Virus record (IMG/VR): IMGVR_UViG_3300048854_000081
Location: 160,001-224,000 of that record
DNA length: 64,000 bases
Direction: 5' to 3' (one strand)
Source of the DNA: a virus
Lineage: Duplodnaviria > Caudoviricetes
In this document: positions 10,372 to 20,149 of the stretch, one piece after another
Numbering within the stretch: position 1 is the stretch's first letter
Layout of the letters: the number at the start of each line of letters is the position of its first letter
Notes under the pieces: model-generated
The model's input: the letters and a program-made list of their open reading frames with translations, nothing else
The model's database searches: none
What the model was told of the DNA's origin: nothing
Position numbers and translations under genes: made by a program

Positions 10372-12914
10372 GGGATAATGGTTCCTCCGTTCAAGTTAAA
10401 GTTTTCATTCTGGAAAATCGAGGTCGCCGAACCCGGTAGTGGTGGAATTACCTGTGATTTAATCTGATCCAAGTTTATACATAGACCACTGTTGATCATG
10501 TTCATGATGGCTGTAAAGCCAGACGGTAATGCAATACCTTGTGATTCTAGAATTTGAATAATGGCTTGTGCATTGACTGGGAAGTTAATACCATGTCCAG
10601 TAATCAAGCTAATTGCAGCCATGGCAAGACTTGCGTAATATGCTAATGTGTTCAATTCTAGCGATATTTCATTGACCTTCGTTACCACACCAGCAAAATA
10701 TGGTGTAGAGAACTGTTGGCTCAACGAACCAATAGCCACGTCCTGTAGAGATTGTAAGCTAATACCATCAGTACCAATCTTAATGGACGATAGACCCGGA
10801 CATGCGCCAAAGATCAATGGTTCAGCACCAGTGATGGTGAACTCATTTGCGTCAAGACTCATTGGAGTCGTACCGGCACACATGTTATTGATTGCAGTAA
10901 CCGCAGGATTCATATTGTTGGCAGCAAGGTAGGTTCCAGCCGTATAGGTAGACCATGCTCTGAAGTTCTTACCGCTACCGGAAAATACGAAAGCTGCGTT
11001 TGCATTATATTGTGGATCGAATAGCTGATCCTTGACTCTCAAGGTATCTGGATAATTCCATTGAGTTGGATTTACCAGCGAACGAACCTGCCAGAAACCG
11101 CACGATGGACCCCATTTAGAATCCTGTAAACCAACGTCACCAATAGCGGTTGGGTTGAATCGTGATTCGGCACCCGAGATAGCCACGGCAATAGTCAAGG
11201 ACTGACCTCTGAAACCAGCATTCCATGCTACGCGAGCCGCTAGATCGGCACCGCTAAATCCTGCAATAGGAACCTGAGCCGGTAGATTACATGTGATAGC
11301 TGGAACCTGTGATTCGTCAGGGAATGGTGGTGCCTGCGCGGTAGGTGCATTCGTCTGCATCGTAGTGTTACCACCCGAAGCAATGTTCATATTACCGTTA
11401 GTAGAAATGTCAGCACCAGCATCACTCAACGAAATCTGCGAATTTGGAGTCTTAAGAACGATACCGCCTGTTCCACCAGAGTTTCCACCCACGCTTTCCA
11501 TAGAGAATCCACCACTGACGGATTTCATATTAATATTTTGCTGTGAACCAATGCTCATTTCACCAAAGTAAGAATAGAATTCGAAGTTACCTCTGGATGC
11601 GTACTTGGAACCAAGTATGGAGAACTCGTTAATATGTCCTGTGACGGCGACGTTTAGATCACCGTTGACAGTCAGATTGTAGTCACCAGCATTAGTAATA
11701 AAATCTACCTGACCTTGTACCTGCGTCTTGGATGTACCACCGACAGTTGTACAAGCATTTTCACCGATTTCAAAAATTGTATCTTCGAATGATAGCTGTC
11801 TCAAATTCTTGGAGACAAGATGCATATCGTCCTGTGACTGAATTCTAACTTGTCCTGAGGCTGGGGCTTCACTCATCTGTGGATTGGTGTTATCACCACC
11901 GGCATAGATGTACACACCATCCTTACCCTGAATACGCACCGTCTTTCCAGAGTTGATATTGATATCCATATCAGCATTCAATGAAATACGACGGGATGCA
12001 TAGGCATCAATGTTACCGGCTGAATCTAATTCAGCCCAAGCATTACCGGTATTGGTACGAACGTAAATTCTTTCATTAACGTCGTCTAAAATAATGGTGT
12101 GACCAGATGCCGAACGGAATCGTGTTCTGGTACTGGTCAAACGATCATCCATGGTTATCGAGGCAAAACCCGGCGTAGACCATGAGAATACTTTCGACGC
12201 CTTGATTGGAATACTACCATAACCCGACCAATCATAACCATCACCGCCTACAATATCCTTATTGAAAGCGAACTGCTGAGCGCCAGCAATATCTTGCTGG
12301 GTCTGATCGGTGTTTATTCCATCACTATTGGTTGGTTTTGCGCTTATTGCTGCTGCGGAATATTCAGCCTCGCGTGACTGCCACTCCGGAGAGTTGTTCT
12401 TGCCACCGTAGGCCATCTGTGCATTGCTGTACGCTGGTTCGATAGGGTTTCCCGATGAGGATAGGGGTCCATTGGCGGTACCGCCTGACGACCACTCATA
12501 GCGTCCATTGCCTATAGTGTGAACCTTCTGCTGATCAAAAATAACGCCAGCCCAGTAACGACGACGTAAGTCTCCGTCAATACAACCAACAAGCACGTTG
12601 GCACCAAGGTCTGGAATCGACCAGAAACCATAAGCTACTGTACCTTCGGTCTCGTGACCCATTCTTTCGTAACTACGGGAATTGATCGTGCCACCAAATG
12701 GTGAAACGTAAACACACCACGGTAGCTGGAATATCTTGGATGGATCATCACCATGTGAAGGACAAAATACTCTTAGGCGACCCATTTGTAGGGGGTCATC
12801 CGTGTCTACTACGATACCGGCTGTCATACCAGTAGTTACATGGAAATAGTCACCCTTGTTGTCTGTAGAATATCTTTTATCTAAGATATCCAACAGTTCG
12901 TCTTGATTCATCAT
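10368..12914 (-). CDS. Baseplate hub/central spike (gp5/VgrG-like) with an embedded lytic transglycosylase domain
   Basis: DTDDPLQMGRLRVFCP OB-fold, beta-helix repeats (SASGHTIILDD..ERIYV), SLT-like AISGAESRFNPTA..GFWQV..LFDPQYNANAA..AWSTY. Confidence 0.8.
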   Translation of the reverse strand: MMNQDELLDILDKRYSTDNKGDYFHVTTGMTAGIVVDTDDPLQMGRLRVFCPSHGDDPSKIFQLPWCVYVSPFGGTINSRSYERMGHETEGTVAYGFWSIPDLGANVLVGCIDGDLRRRYWAGVIFDQQKVHTIGNGRYEWSSGGTANGPLSSSGNPIEPAYSNAQMAYGGKNNSPEWQSREAEYSAAAISAKPTNSDGINTDQTQQDIAGAQQFAFNKDIVGGDGYDWSGYGSIPIKASKVFSWSTPGFASITMDDRLTSTRTRFRSASGHTIILDDVNERIYVRTNTGNAWAELDSAGNIDAYASRRISLNADMDININSGKTVRIQGKDGVYIYAGGDNTNPQMSEAPASGQVRIQSQDDMHLVSKNLRQLSFEDTIFEIGENACTTVGGTSKTQVQGQVDFITNAGDYNLTVNGDLNVAVTGHINEFSILGSKYASRGNFEFYSYFGEMSIGSQQNINMKSVSGGFSMESVGGNSGGTGGIVLKTPNSQISLSDAGADISTNGNMNIASGGNTTMQTNAPTAQAPPFPDESQVPAITCNLPAQVPIAGFSGADLAARVAWNAGFRGQSLTIAVAISGAESRFNPTAIGDVGLQDSKWGPSCGFWQVRSLVNPTQWNYPDTLRVKDQLFDPQYNANAAFVFSGSGKNFRAWSTYTAGTYLAANNMNPAVTAINNMCAGTTPMSLDANEFTITGAEPLIFGACPGLSSIKIGTDGISLQSLQDVAIGSLSQQFSTPYFAGVVTKVNEISLELNTLAYYASLAMAAISLITGHGINFPVNAQAIIQILESQGIALPSGFTAIMNMINSGLCINLDQIKSQVIPPLPGSATSIFQNENFNLNGGTIIP

Positions 12915-15340
12915 GTCTTGTCGTCAGTCCTGTATAGCTCTAGTTGCTGGGTAAAGAATCCGCCAGCTAGGGAAGTCTTCACTCTACCCAAATGGTAATA
13001 TCCTTTGTAATAATATTGACGTGGCGTATCCTTGTCTAAGGTAATACCAACGTTATTGGACGGTTTGATATAGATATCAAGCTTTGCGTACATTGGATAG
13101 TACTCAGGGTACTTATAGAAAAATGGTTCGTCTGCATCTTCGTCCACCACCTTTTGTGGATTTCTGAACAAGTCAGACAATAGGTTAGGGTTACCCACAA
13201 TCGTAATCAAAAGCTTCGATGTCTGAGCCAGATTGGTCTTGACTAGGTTATCAATGGAAACTGGACCGTTAGGACGTTCCAAACCAAAGTTGCGAGGATT
13301 AGCCATACCACGAACACCACTGAATGATGTCTGGAAGAAATCGACCGTTGGGTTTCTTTCCAACATAATCTGCTCACGATTACCCACCACAACACGGTTA
13401 TCCGTACTGTTATTAGGCTGGCTCATAATTCCTAGGTCACTATCCGAGAATAGGGACATGGACAAGTTAATGATATCTCGGTCCTTGGCATCTTTCTGAT
13501 AGGTGAAAGATAGAGGACTCTGAGAACCTTCACCCGGACCAGTGTCAGTCGTCGAACTGTTTAGAGGAACTACATACTGTGCAATATGAATATCAAACTG
13601 GTATTTCTTATCACAAGTCTTCAAACATGAGATATTGCATTTGTAGCTCTTTTGCTTTGTAAGAGACGACAAGGCATCACTACCGACCTGATTGGATAGT
13701 TTCATCAAGTTATTGACAGTCTTAGTTAGCATTTTACCCGGCTTGACTTGGAAAACCTTGATGCCAGATGCAGTCTGCGAAATATCAGGCTGTTCAAACG
13801 ATAGGTTTCTATTGTCAATAACATAATCAAAATAGATTGGATCAAGCTTTACGTTATAGTCGATAGGTAGAACGCCACCACTCTTGACCTGTTCATTAGG
13901 TAATAGTGGATCAACATAGTCATCATTGATACTACCCAACCATGACGATAGTCTGGATTCAGGTGGTGTCTTCTGAGCTTTCAAGGCGGCTTCAAACCCT
14001 TCCATGACATCCTTGATGTTCATCATGGTCTTGTCTGCGGCAATTCTCTCATTACGGTAATCGTTTAGAGCTTTGTTGCGCTTAATGATGTCAATCTGTC
14101 TGGATGCAGCACTTGGTACAGAATTCTGTGTTGGACCCGGTTGGTCACCCGTTGGAGGCGGTAACCCGCCGAAAATGGCAGCTTCGTCAGCACGACGATT
14201 GACCAATCCTTGTAAAACCTTACCACCAGCATACACATACTTACCGAAAGCCTGCTGAGCACCATCATAGTCAGGCTTGTTCAATGTAGCCAACAATCCT
14301 TTGTAACCTGCGCTACCAAGGTTATATGTAAGACTGCATAGAGCATCAAACTTGCCTTGATCGAGAAGCACGCTCACATTTTTTCTTACGGCATTCTGAG
14401 CCCACTGACAGTCTTCCAAAAGGAATGCATCAGCCTGAGTCTGTGTGATTACGTCACCCTGCTTGACACCTTTAGTATGACCATAGCCAATCGTCCACAC
14501 GCCAACAGAATCTTGATAAGCCACAAGGCGCAAACCTTCAAACTGTTTGATGATGTTAGTACCTGCGGAACTAATACTGAAGGAAGATGCCGGAGCACCA
14601 CCGCCAATGGTTGGTGTAGGTGTCAACGATGTAACTGGGGTTGGGGTTATGGTAGGAGTAACCGTGATAGTAGCAGTTGTCGATGGGGTAGGGCTTGGCT
14701 TAAAAGCCTCAGGGGAAATCGTATTCGCGAGCGAACTACTATCCTTATGTGTAATCGTCATCTGGAAAACTTTAGAATAGTTAGGCAGAAGAGCAAACGT
14801 ATTATAGTCTGCTACATACATAATGGTATAGAAGTTATGAGCAATATCTTTGTTATTATATGAATGTGCCAGATTGTACATATGGAAGATCAATGGCTTG
14901 ATCGGCACGATTTCTTCCTTACCATCATAGGTGGTTCCGATGATGTAAGTCTTTAAAGCAAAGATAATATGAGTTTCAGAGACATTTAGCTTGGTAGCTA
15001 CTTCGTCTCTTAAGAAATTCTGAAAATATCCACCTACACCATCGGTGATGGTAAGGGAACCGGTCATTGAGGTGGTTGAATGGTCAAACTTAGAATGAAA
15101 GGTAAATTCGTTCTCATGACCAAAGATAATGAATTTAGAGTCAGAGAATTCGTTTACAACCACAATTCCTTTCTGAGAGCATCCATTTCCTTGAATTTCA
15201 GTACCACATTTACCCACGCTATAATCTAGCTTGGTGTTGATGGCATCAGAGGTAGTCGAGAACGCCACCAAAATACTCTTTGAAGAGTACGTTCTGAAAC
15301 GCATCAATGGGTTTTGTGTAGTATCTAAAGGATTTGCCAT
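12911..15340 (-). CDS. Baseplate hub/tail protein with an inserted GH24 lysozyme domain and Thr/Pro linker
   Basis: IKQFEGLRLVAYQDSVGVWTIGYGHT catalytic E-D-T motif, GLVNRRADEAAIF; C-terminal ITIVGNP..KGYYHLGRVKTSLAGGFFTQQLEL hub-like tail. Confidence 0.75.
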   Translation of the reverse strand: MANPLDTTQNPLMRFRTYSSKSILVAFSTTSDAINTKLDYSVGKCGTEIQGNGCSQKGIVVVNEFSDSKFIIFGHENEFTFHSKFDHSTTSMTGSLTITDGVGGYFQNFLRDEVATKLNVSETHIIFALKTYIIGTTYDGKEEIVPIKPLIFHMYNLAHSYNNKDIAHNFYTIMYVADYNTFALLPNYSKVFQMTITHKDSSSLANTISPEAFKPSPTPSTTATITVTPTITPTPVTSLTPTPTIGGGAPASSFSISSAGTNIIKQFEGLRLVAYQDSVGVWTIGYGHTKGVKQGDVITQTQADAFLLEDCQWAQNAVRKNVSVLLDQGKFDALCSLTYNLGSAGYKGLLATLNKPDYDGAQQAFGKYVYAGGKVLQGLVNRRADEAAIFGGLPPPTGDQPGPTQNSVPSAASRQIDIIKRNKALNDYRNERIAADKTMMNIKDVMEGFEAALKAQKTPPESRLSSWLGSINDDYVDPLLPNEQVKSGGVLPIDYNVKLDPIYFDYVIDNRNLSFEQPDISQTASGIKVFQVKPGKMLTKTVNNLMKLSNQVGSDALSSLTKQKSYKCNISCLKTCDKKYQFDIHIAQYVVPLNSSTTDTGPGEGSQSPLSFTYQKDAKDRDIINLSMSLFSDSDLGIMSQPNNSTDNRVVVGNREQIMLERNPTVDFFQTSFSGVRGMANPRNFGLERPNGPVSIDNLVKTNLAQTSKLLITIVGNPNLLSDLFRNPQKVVDEDADEPFFYKYPEYYPMYAKLDIYIKPSNNVGITLDKDTPRQYYYKGYYHLGRVKTSLAGGFFTQQLELYRTDDKT

Positions 15341-15342
15341 TA

Positions 15343-15678
15343 TTAGTTGCCGGTTAGGTTATATATCGCTCTGGCATAGGAGGGTACGATTAGCACCGAA
15401 CCAATTCCCAATTCCTCAGTGATATCGACAATATTATTATATTGTAACACCAACCACTGAAAATCTGAACGCCCATATAATTTATAAGCAATTTTGTCCG
15501 CACGATATGCGAAGTCAGCCGTGACCGTGAACTTTTCATCAGTGATATCATCGTGGGGAAGATCGATTGGAGTCCAATAGCCAACAAAGTTACCGACGAT
15601 TTCAGCCGTACCACCTTGAACGTAACGGGAGTTCTTTTGTTGAAGAACACTCTTATTTTGATATAGTTTAAATGCCAT
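15343..15678 (-). CDS. Baseplate wedge protein (gp53/LysM-like)
   Basis: YRADKIAYKLYGRSDFQWLVLQYNNI. Confidence 0.8.
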   Translation of the reverse strand: MAFKLYQNKSVLQQKNSRYVQGGTAEIVGNFVGYWTPIDLPHDDITDEKFTVTADFAYRADKIAYKLYGRSDFQWLVLQYNNIVDITEELGIGSVLIVPSYARAIYNLTGN

Positions 15679-15684
15679 GATTGA

Positions 15685-16554
15685 TTACCATTGATCCAAT
15701 TTGCCTGATTTAAAACTGTCGTAATCAAAAGATGCCAAATCTTCGATGCTTCTTACTTCAAGTAAGCCAATACCTACTTCCTGAATGATAGGAACCCATG
15801 CACCATCGCTGGTCTGGATGTAATCCACTTCAGATGAATAATTAACGTTAATAGACGTAATCATGACTGGAATGCCCTTGAGAACGTTACCGTAAGCAAA
15901 TAGTCTTAGGGTTTCTGGCTCTGCACCGTAGGATTCACCAGATTTCAAGGTAGGCATTCTCCATGCCTTTAGCCAATTAACGTATTGAAAATTCTTTGTA
16001 GCTTCTTCTACCGTTCTGGAAACGAACTTAGCGTTCAACGTAAAGGTTCTAGAAGGGCTACCCATGTAAATGACAACTGAGGCGGCAGCACGGATTTCAC
16101 CAATATTGACCAGAATGGTTGTTCCTGCTTCGCTTAACTCAGGTGTAGCTTCAAATACGACCACAGACATTGAGTCGCCGACCGATTGAACTGTATTACC
16201 TCGGCTGAATCCTGAGGTTAAGGCTCGTGCACCCGCACCCGTGCGACCCACTAGAGCAACCTTCTGCGAATTGCTATTTTCGGCAATGGCAGACTTTCTA
16301 GCATTGTAGTCATCGGTAGAAGACTTATTGTTAGCTTCTACAGCCATCTTACTTGAACCATTCGATATGCTATTGGCAGTTGAGGCGACCGATCCTTGGG
16401 CTAGTTCTGCCTGACTCGGGTTCGTGGTCTTCCCACCTGTAGATGCTGCTGGCTGTGCAGCCGGGTTTACCGCACCCGAAGATGAGCTATTTTGTACAGG
16501 TTTTGGAGGTGGTGCTGTGGAAGCAACCTGATTTGCGTTAACTGGACCGGTCAT
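15685..16554 (-). CDS. Tail tube initiator/baseplate protein (gp48/54-like)
   Basis: YMGSPSRTFTLNAKF..PETLRLFAYGNVLKGIPVMITSINVNY; position in baseplate operon. Confidence 0.6.
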   Translation of the reverse strand: MTGPVNANQVASTAPPPKPVQNSSSSGAVNPAAQPAASTGGKTTNPSQAELAQGSVASTANSISNGSSKMAVEANNKSSTDDYNARKSAIAENSNSQKVALVGRTGAGARALTSGFSRGNTVQSVGDSMSVVVFEATPELSEAGTTILVNIGEIRAAASVVIYMGSPSRTFTLNAKFVSRTVEEATKNFQYVNWLKAWRMPTLKSGESYGAEPETLRLFAYGNVLKGIPVMITSINVNYSSEVDYIQTSDGAWVPIIQEVGIGLLEVRSIEDLASFDYDSFKSGKLDQW

Positions 16555-16655
16555 AAAATATTGAACTTCATTTTTAAATATTTATCACCGTCACAAAAAC
16601 CCAATTTTCGCATTTCCATAGCGGTCATAAATAATTCGAAATCTGAGAATCAGTA

Positions 16656-17486
16656 ATGACCAACGAAACAAAAGCTTACAACCCTCTTATTAATAAATTA
16701 AATAAGAGTAATAACATTCCCGGCATGACTTTCCGTCTTCCTTCGAAGGGTCTTCCCTACAAGGCTGGCGAACTTGCCGATGACGTAATGGATGGTGAAA
16801 TCGTCATCTTCCCTATGTCCACTCTGGATGAAATATATTTAAAGACTCCCGACATGTTGTTCCAAGGAACGGCTATCGAGCGTACTATCTCCCGTTGCTG
16901 CCCACAGGTTCTAAAGCCTTTGGAACTCCTTTCGAAGGACGTTGACTACATTCTTACATGCATGCGTCTAGTTTCCTACGGAAATATCTTGACCGTGCCG
17001 TTCAAATGTGATTGTGGTAAGGCAGATGAAGTCGATCTTCAGGTTCCGATCAGTAGTTTCCTTAGCACCACCAAGACTATTGAGAAGGAAGATATCGACC
17101 GTGCGACCTTCGAACTTGAAGGTTTCGTTATTAAAACCAAGTTCGTATCCTTCCTGAACATGATCAAAGTCACTCAGGAACATGACACCAGCACCAATGA
17201 TCCAGAAAAGCTATTCAATCTATTCATTGATAACCTTTCATTGAACGTTGAGTCCATTGATACCATCGATGATAAGGAAATGATTGTTGACTTCCTTAAG
17301 GCTCAGCACAGAAAGTTCCAGATGGACCTTCTAGATAACATCCAGAAAATCAATAACTGGGGTATCAAGTTTGAATATGTTCACCGCTGTAAGTGGTGTG
17401 ACAAAGACAAGACACTTCCAATCTCGCTTAACCCTGTAAGTTTTTTTTCGGAACCCTCAAGTCAGGCACCAGAGAGCAACGCCTAA
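16656..17486 (+). CDS. Baseplate hub assembly protein (gp26-like)
   Basis: LPSKGLPY, PMSTLDEIYLKTPDMLFQG, DVDYILTCMRLVSYG, two Cys pairs, ends NPVSFF. Confidence 0.75.
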   Translation: MTNETKAYNPLINKLNKSNNIPGMTFRLPSKGLPYKAGELADDVMDGEIVIFPMSTLDEIYLKTPDMLFQGTAIERTISRCCPQVLKPLELLSKDVDYILTCMRLVSYGNILTVPFKCDCGKADEVDLQVPISSFLSTTKTIEKEDIDRATFELEGFVIKTKFVSFLNMIKVTQEHDTSTNDPEKLFNLFIDNLSLNVESIDTIDDKEMIVDFLKAQHRKFQMDLLDNIQKINNWGIKFEYVHRCKWCDKDKTLPISLNPVSFFSEPSSQAPESNA

Positions 17487-17677
17487 AACTTAACTCGGAG
17501 CTTGAGGGGCAACGAAAGCAATTGTACCGCAATGGCATAGAGTTAATTTACTTTATGCGTGGTGCTCTAAGCAGAGAAGACATGCTTGATATGGTTCCAT
17601 TTGAACGAGAAATCATAATGGAATTCATCAACGAAAGATTGGAAGTGGAAGGTAAGAGAACAAACCCGGTGTATTAA
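17447..17677 (+). CDS. gp51-like hub assembly chaperone segment, probably reached by -1 frameshift from the gp26-like gene
   Basis: The -1 frame is open from the T8 run to TAA at 17675-17677: FGTLKSGTREQRLKLNSELEGQRKQLYRNGIELIYFMRGALSREDMLDMVPFEREIIMEFINERLEVEGKRTNPVY. Confidence 0.65.
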   Translation, partial: FGTLKSGTREQRLKLNSELEGQRKQLYRNGIELIYFMRGALSREDMLDMVPFEREIIMEFINERLEVEGKRTNPVY

Positions 17678-18378
17678 TGGATAAGAACGTAATCGCAATA
17701 GACCCATCCCTTAACAGTACTGCCATGGTTGTAAATGATATCAAATTCATTTACGCCAAGGCCGATTATGGTATGTCAGAGAAGACAGGTAAGCTTAAGA
17801 AATGGTTTGAACTATGTGATCATTTAATTACGTATCGTTGGATCACCTACAAGAAGATCGCTGACCATTCTGAACAAGAGATTCTTAAGCTTGTTCAGTA
17901 TGATGAACTCACGGATCGTATTATTCAAGATATCTTAGATAACATCGATCCCAATCTTCCTACCATTGCTGGTATCGAAGGTTATAGCTATTCATCCAGT
18001 GCCGGTCCACTCATCGATCTTGTTACATTCAGTACCTTCATACGAAGCAAGCTTTATAATAAGGTAACTGAAAATATCGTAGTTTACCAGCCAGCCCATT
18101 TGAAGCTGGAAGCGGCCAAGCTAACTTATGCACCAACGGTCAAGGGTGTCAAGGTCAAGAAGTATGAGTTCCGTAACAATCAAGGTATCTCAGGTGGTAA
18201 GTTCAAGAAGCCTGAAATGTACCGTGCCTTGATCGATAATACCAACATTAACTGCCTTTGGGTAAAGTTTCTTCGCCAGAATGCCAAGGATATCATTGAC
18301 CTCAATACGGTACCAAAACCGATTGAAGACATGAACGATGCCAAATTGATGTATGAAATAATATTAAAGAATAAATAA
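17677..18378 (+). CDS. RuvC-like (RNase H fold) Holliday junction resolvase/nuclease
   Basis: VIAIDPSLNSTA, IEGYSYSS, C-terminal DMNDA acidic catalytic pattern. Confidence 0.7.
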   Translation: MDKNVIAIDPSLNSTAMVVNDIKFIYAKADYGMSEKTGKLKKWFELCDHLITYRWITYKKIADHSEQEILKLVQYDELTDRIIQDILDNIDPNLPTIAGIEGYSYSSSAGPLIDLVTFSTFIRSKLYNKVTENIVVYQPAHLKLEAAKLTYAPTVKGVKVKKYEFRNNQGISGGKFKKPEMYRALIDNTNINCLWVKFLRQNAKDIIDLNTVPKPIEDMNDAKLMYEIILKNK

Positions 18379-18403
18379 TTGATATTAAAAGATTACATTG
18401 ACC

Positions 18404-19378
18404 ATGGCATCCTCCCAAGAAATCTACTCACAGATCACCCAAGCAATCAATCCCGACAACTCATCTAAGCGTCCAACGTTAGGATGGGTTGCTGGTGCAT
18501 TCAAGCGTGCCTACGACTTCGGTCGCATTCAGGCTGTCTTGAATAATCGTTCTGATGAACTTGATCCTGATACTCGCCAGACCTACCAAAACCTATTGAA
18601 GCTTCGCGATATCGCGGTGAACAATGGTTTGATGGTTGCCGAAGGTAACAAATATAAGGTTACTAACGCTGGTAGCAAGTTCGTACAGGACTTGGCTAAG
18701 AACATCAAGCAGTGGGAGTCGATTAACGATCTTACTTTCAAGCAACTTCGTGGTGAGGTTCAATCTGCCAAGGGTCAAGCCGATCAGGAATGGTACAACA
18801 GTCTTTCTCCTATCGAACAGCATATCATTGATCTATATTCTAAGCTAACTATCAAGGAATTCCATTTCTTGACGGGTGTGAAGAATGACAAGGATGGTAA
18901 GAACAGATATGTTAACCGTATCGAAACCATGGAAGACAGTGATCCAGAATCTTACAATATGTTAAGAGATTTGGGATTCATCACCAAAAAGAATACCATC
19001 AATGATGCCTTGGTATCCACATTCTTCAGAACGTTAGGTAAGTACGATTATCGTCATCTTCGTTCGTTCAACCGTAGCATTTCCAGCCGTAGTGATAGAC
19101 TTGCTGCCGATGCCGCATTGAACCAGAACCATGCAGACCGTATGGCAACAGATCGCAATCCTACTGATGGTGGCATGATGTCGGATCGTGAGCGAATGGT
19201 AGCAAACTCTAGAATGCCTTCCGATGTGGAAGAGCCAAACAACCGTCAGCAACAGCGTTCCAGAATCTTGGGTGGCCGTAAGGACGCCTTTAATGATAGA
19301 ATGCGTCGTACAAGACCGGCTAATGAATCTAAGAGTTTGTCCTTCAAACAATTTTTAATTGAAAAGATTGACAAATAA
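18404..19378 (+). CDS. Late hypothetical protein, possibly a packaged head/DNA-binding protein
   Basis: ATAAATA upstream; wHTH-like GLMVAEGNKYKVTNAG; C-terminal LSFKQFLIE motif. Confidence 0.45.
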   Translation: MASSQEIYSQITQAINPDNSSKRPTLGWVAGAFKRAYDFGRIQAVLNNRSDELDPDTRQTYQNLLKLRDIAVNNGLMVAEGNKYKVTNAGSKFVQDLAKNIKQWESINDLTFKQLRGEVQSAKGQADQEWYNSLSPIEQHIIDLYSKLTIKEFHFLTGVKNDKDGKNRYVNRIETMEDSDPESYNMLRDLGFITKKNTINDALVSTFFRTLGKYDYRHLRSFNRSISSRSDRLAADAALNQNHADRMATDRNPTDGGMMSDRERMVANSRMPSDVEEPNNRQQQRSRILGGRKDAFNDRMRRTRPANESKSLSFKQFLIEKIDK

Positions 19379-19975
19379 AAATTTCGTGGTATAAGTCTTT
19401 CCATAGATGAATCGTTAATGAACGGTTCATGGATTGCAATTTCACAGGAAGTGATACAATTTACAAATCTTGATTAGGCTGATCTAGTAGGTGCAATACC
19501 GAAGGACGGAGGGTTAAGACATATTATGTTTAGAGACTGATATGTTCAGTAAGCCCGCACGGTCTATGTGAGAGTGTTATAGAAATATAGTTTTTCCGAG
19601 ATTAAACTTTTCTACAACTACTTGACTCACTAAAAATACCATTCATCCTCTAAGGTGATGGGATCGGAGGAATCAGTTAGGAACTGAAACCAATGTAGCC
19701 GTATATAGAGCACGCAGTCAACACATTTGCTCTAGATCGATGTTAGTGATACATGGCATAAACGTATCGGGTTTGGTAGCGAACTAGTTAACCCATAATA
19801 TTAAAATATATTATAAAAAACGGGGGTAGGGTAGATCATAAAGCTCTTCTCTATAAACTAATATAAAAAGTCCATAATTGGAATTAGAACGAAGTTCTAA
19901 TTCAATTTAGAAATAAACTTCGTTTATTTCTAAATTCATTTAATATTGATTTATAGATATTTAATATTATTAATT
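19368..19975 (+). other. Non-coding region: promoter, ~430-nt structured RNA, G-tract, paired DNA hairpins and AT-rich tract; candidate replication origin
   Basis: TTGACA-16-TATAAG at 19368-19395; several stems; GGGGGTAGGGTAG at 19822; palindromes at 19881-19903 and 19904-19936; no ORF in the track. Confidence 0.5.
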
Positions 19976-20005
19976 ATGCACCAATTACATTACATATAAA
20001 AGCAC

Positions 20006-20034
20006 TTGACAAGAAAGCAATAAGCGCATATAAT
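20006..20034 (+). promoter_or_regulatory. Consensus sigma70 early promoter
   Basis: TTGACA-N17-TATAAT. Confidence 0.85.
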
Positions 20035-20149
20035 GCACTTGCTCTACAAGGAAAGAAGATACTATTAAAAGCAATAGATTTATATTATGTGAATTAGACA
20101 TTGTAGATTTCTATGTGATAGTATCCCGGTCCCCACAAGAGGCAAAGCA

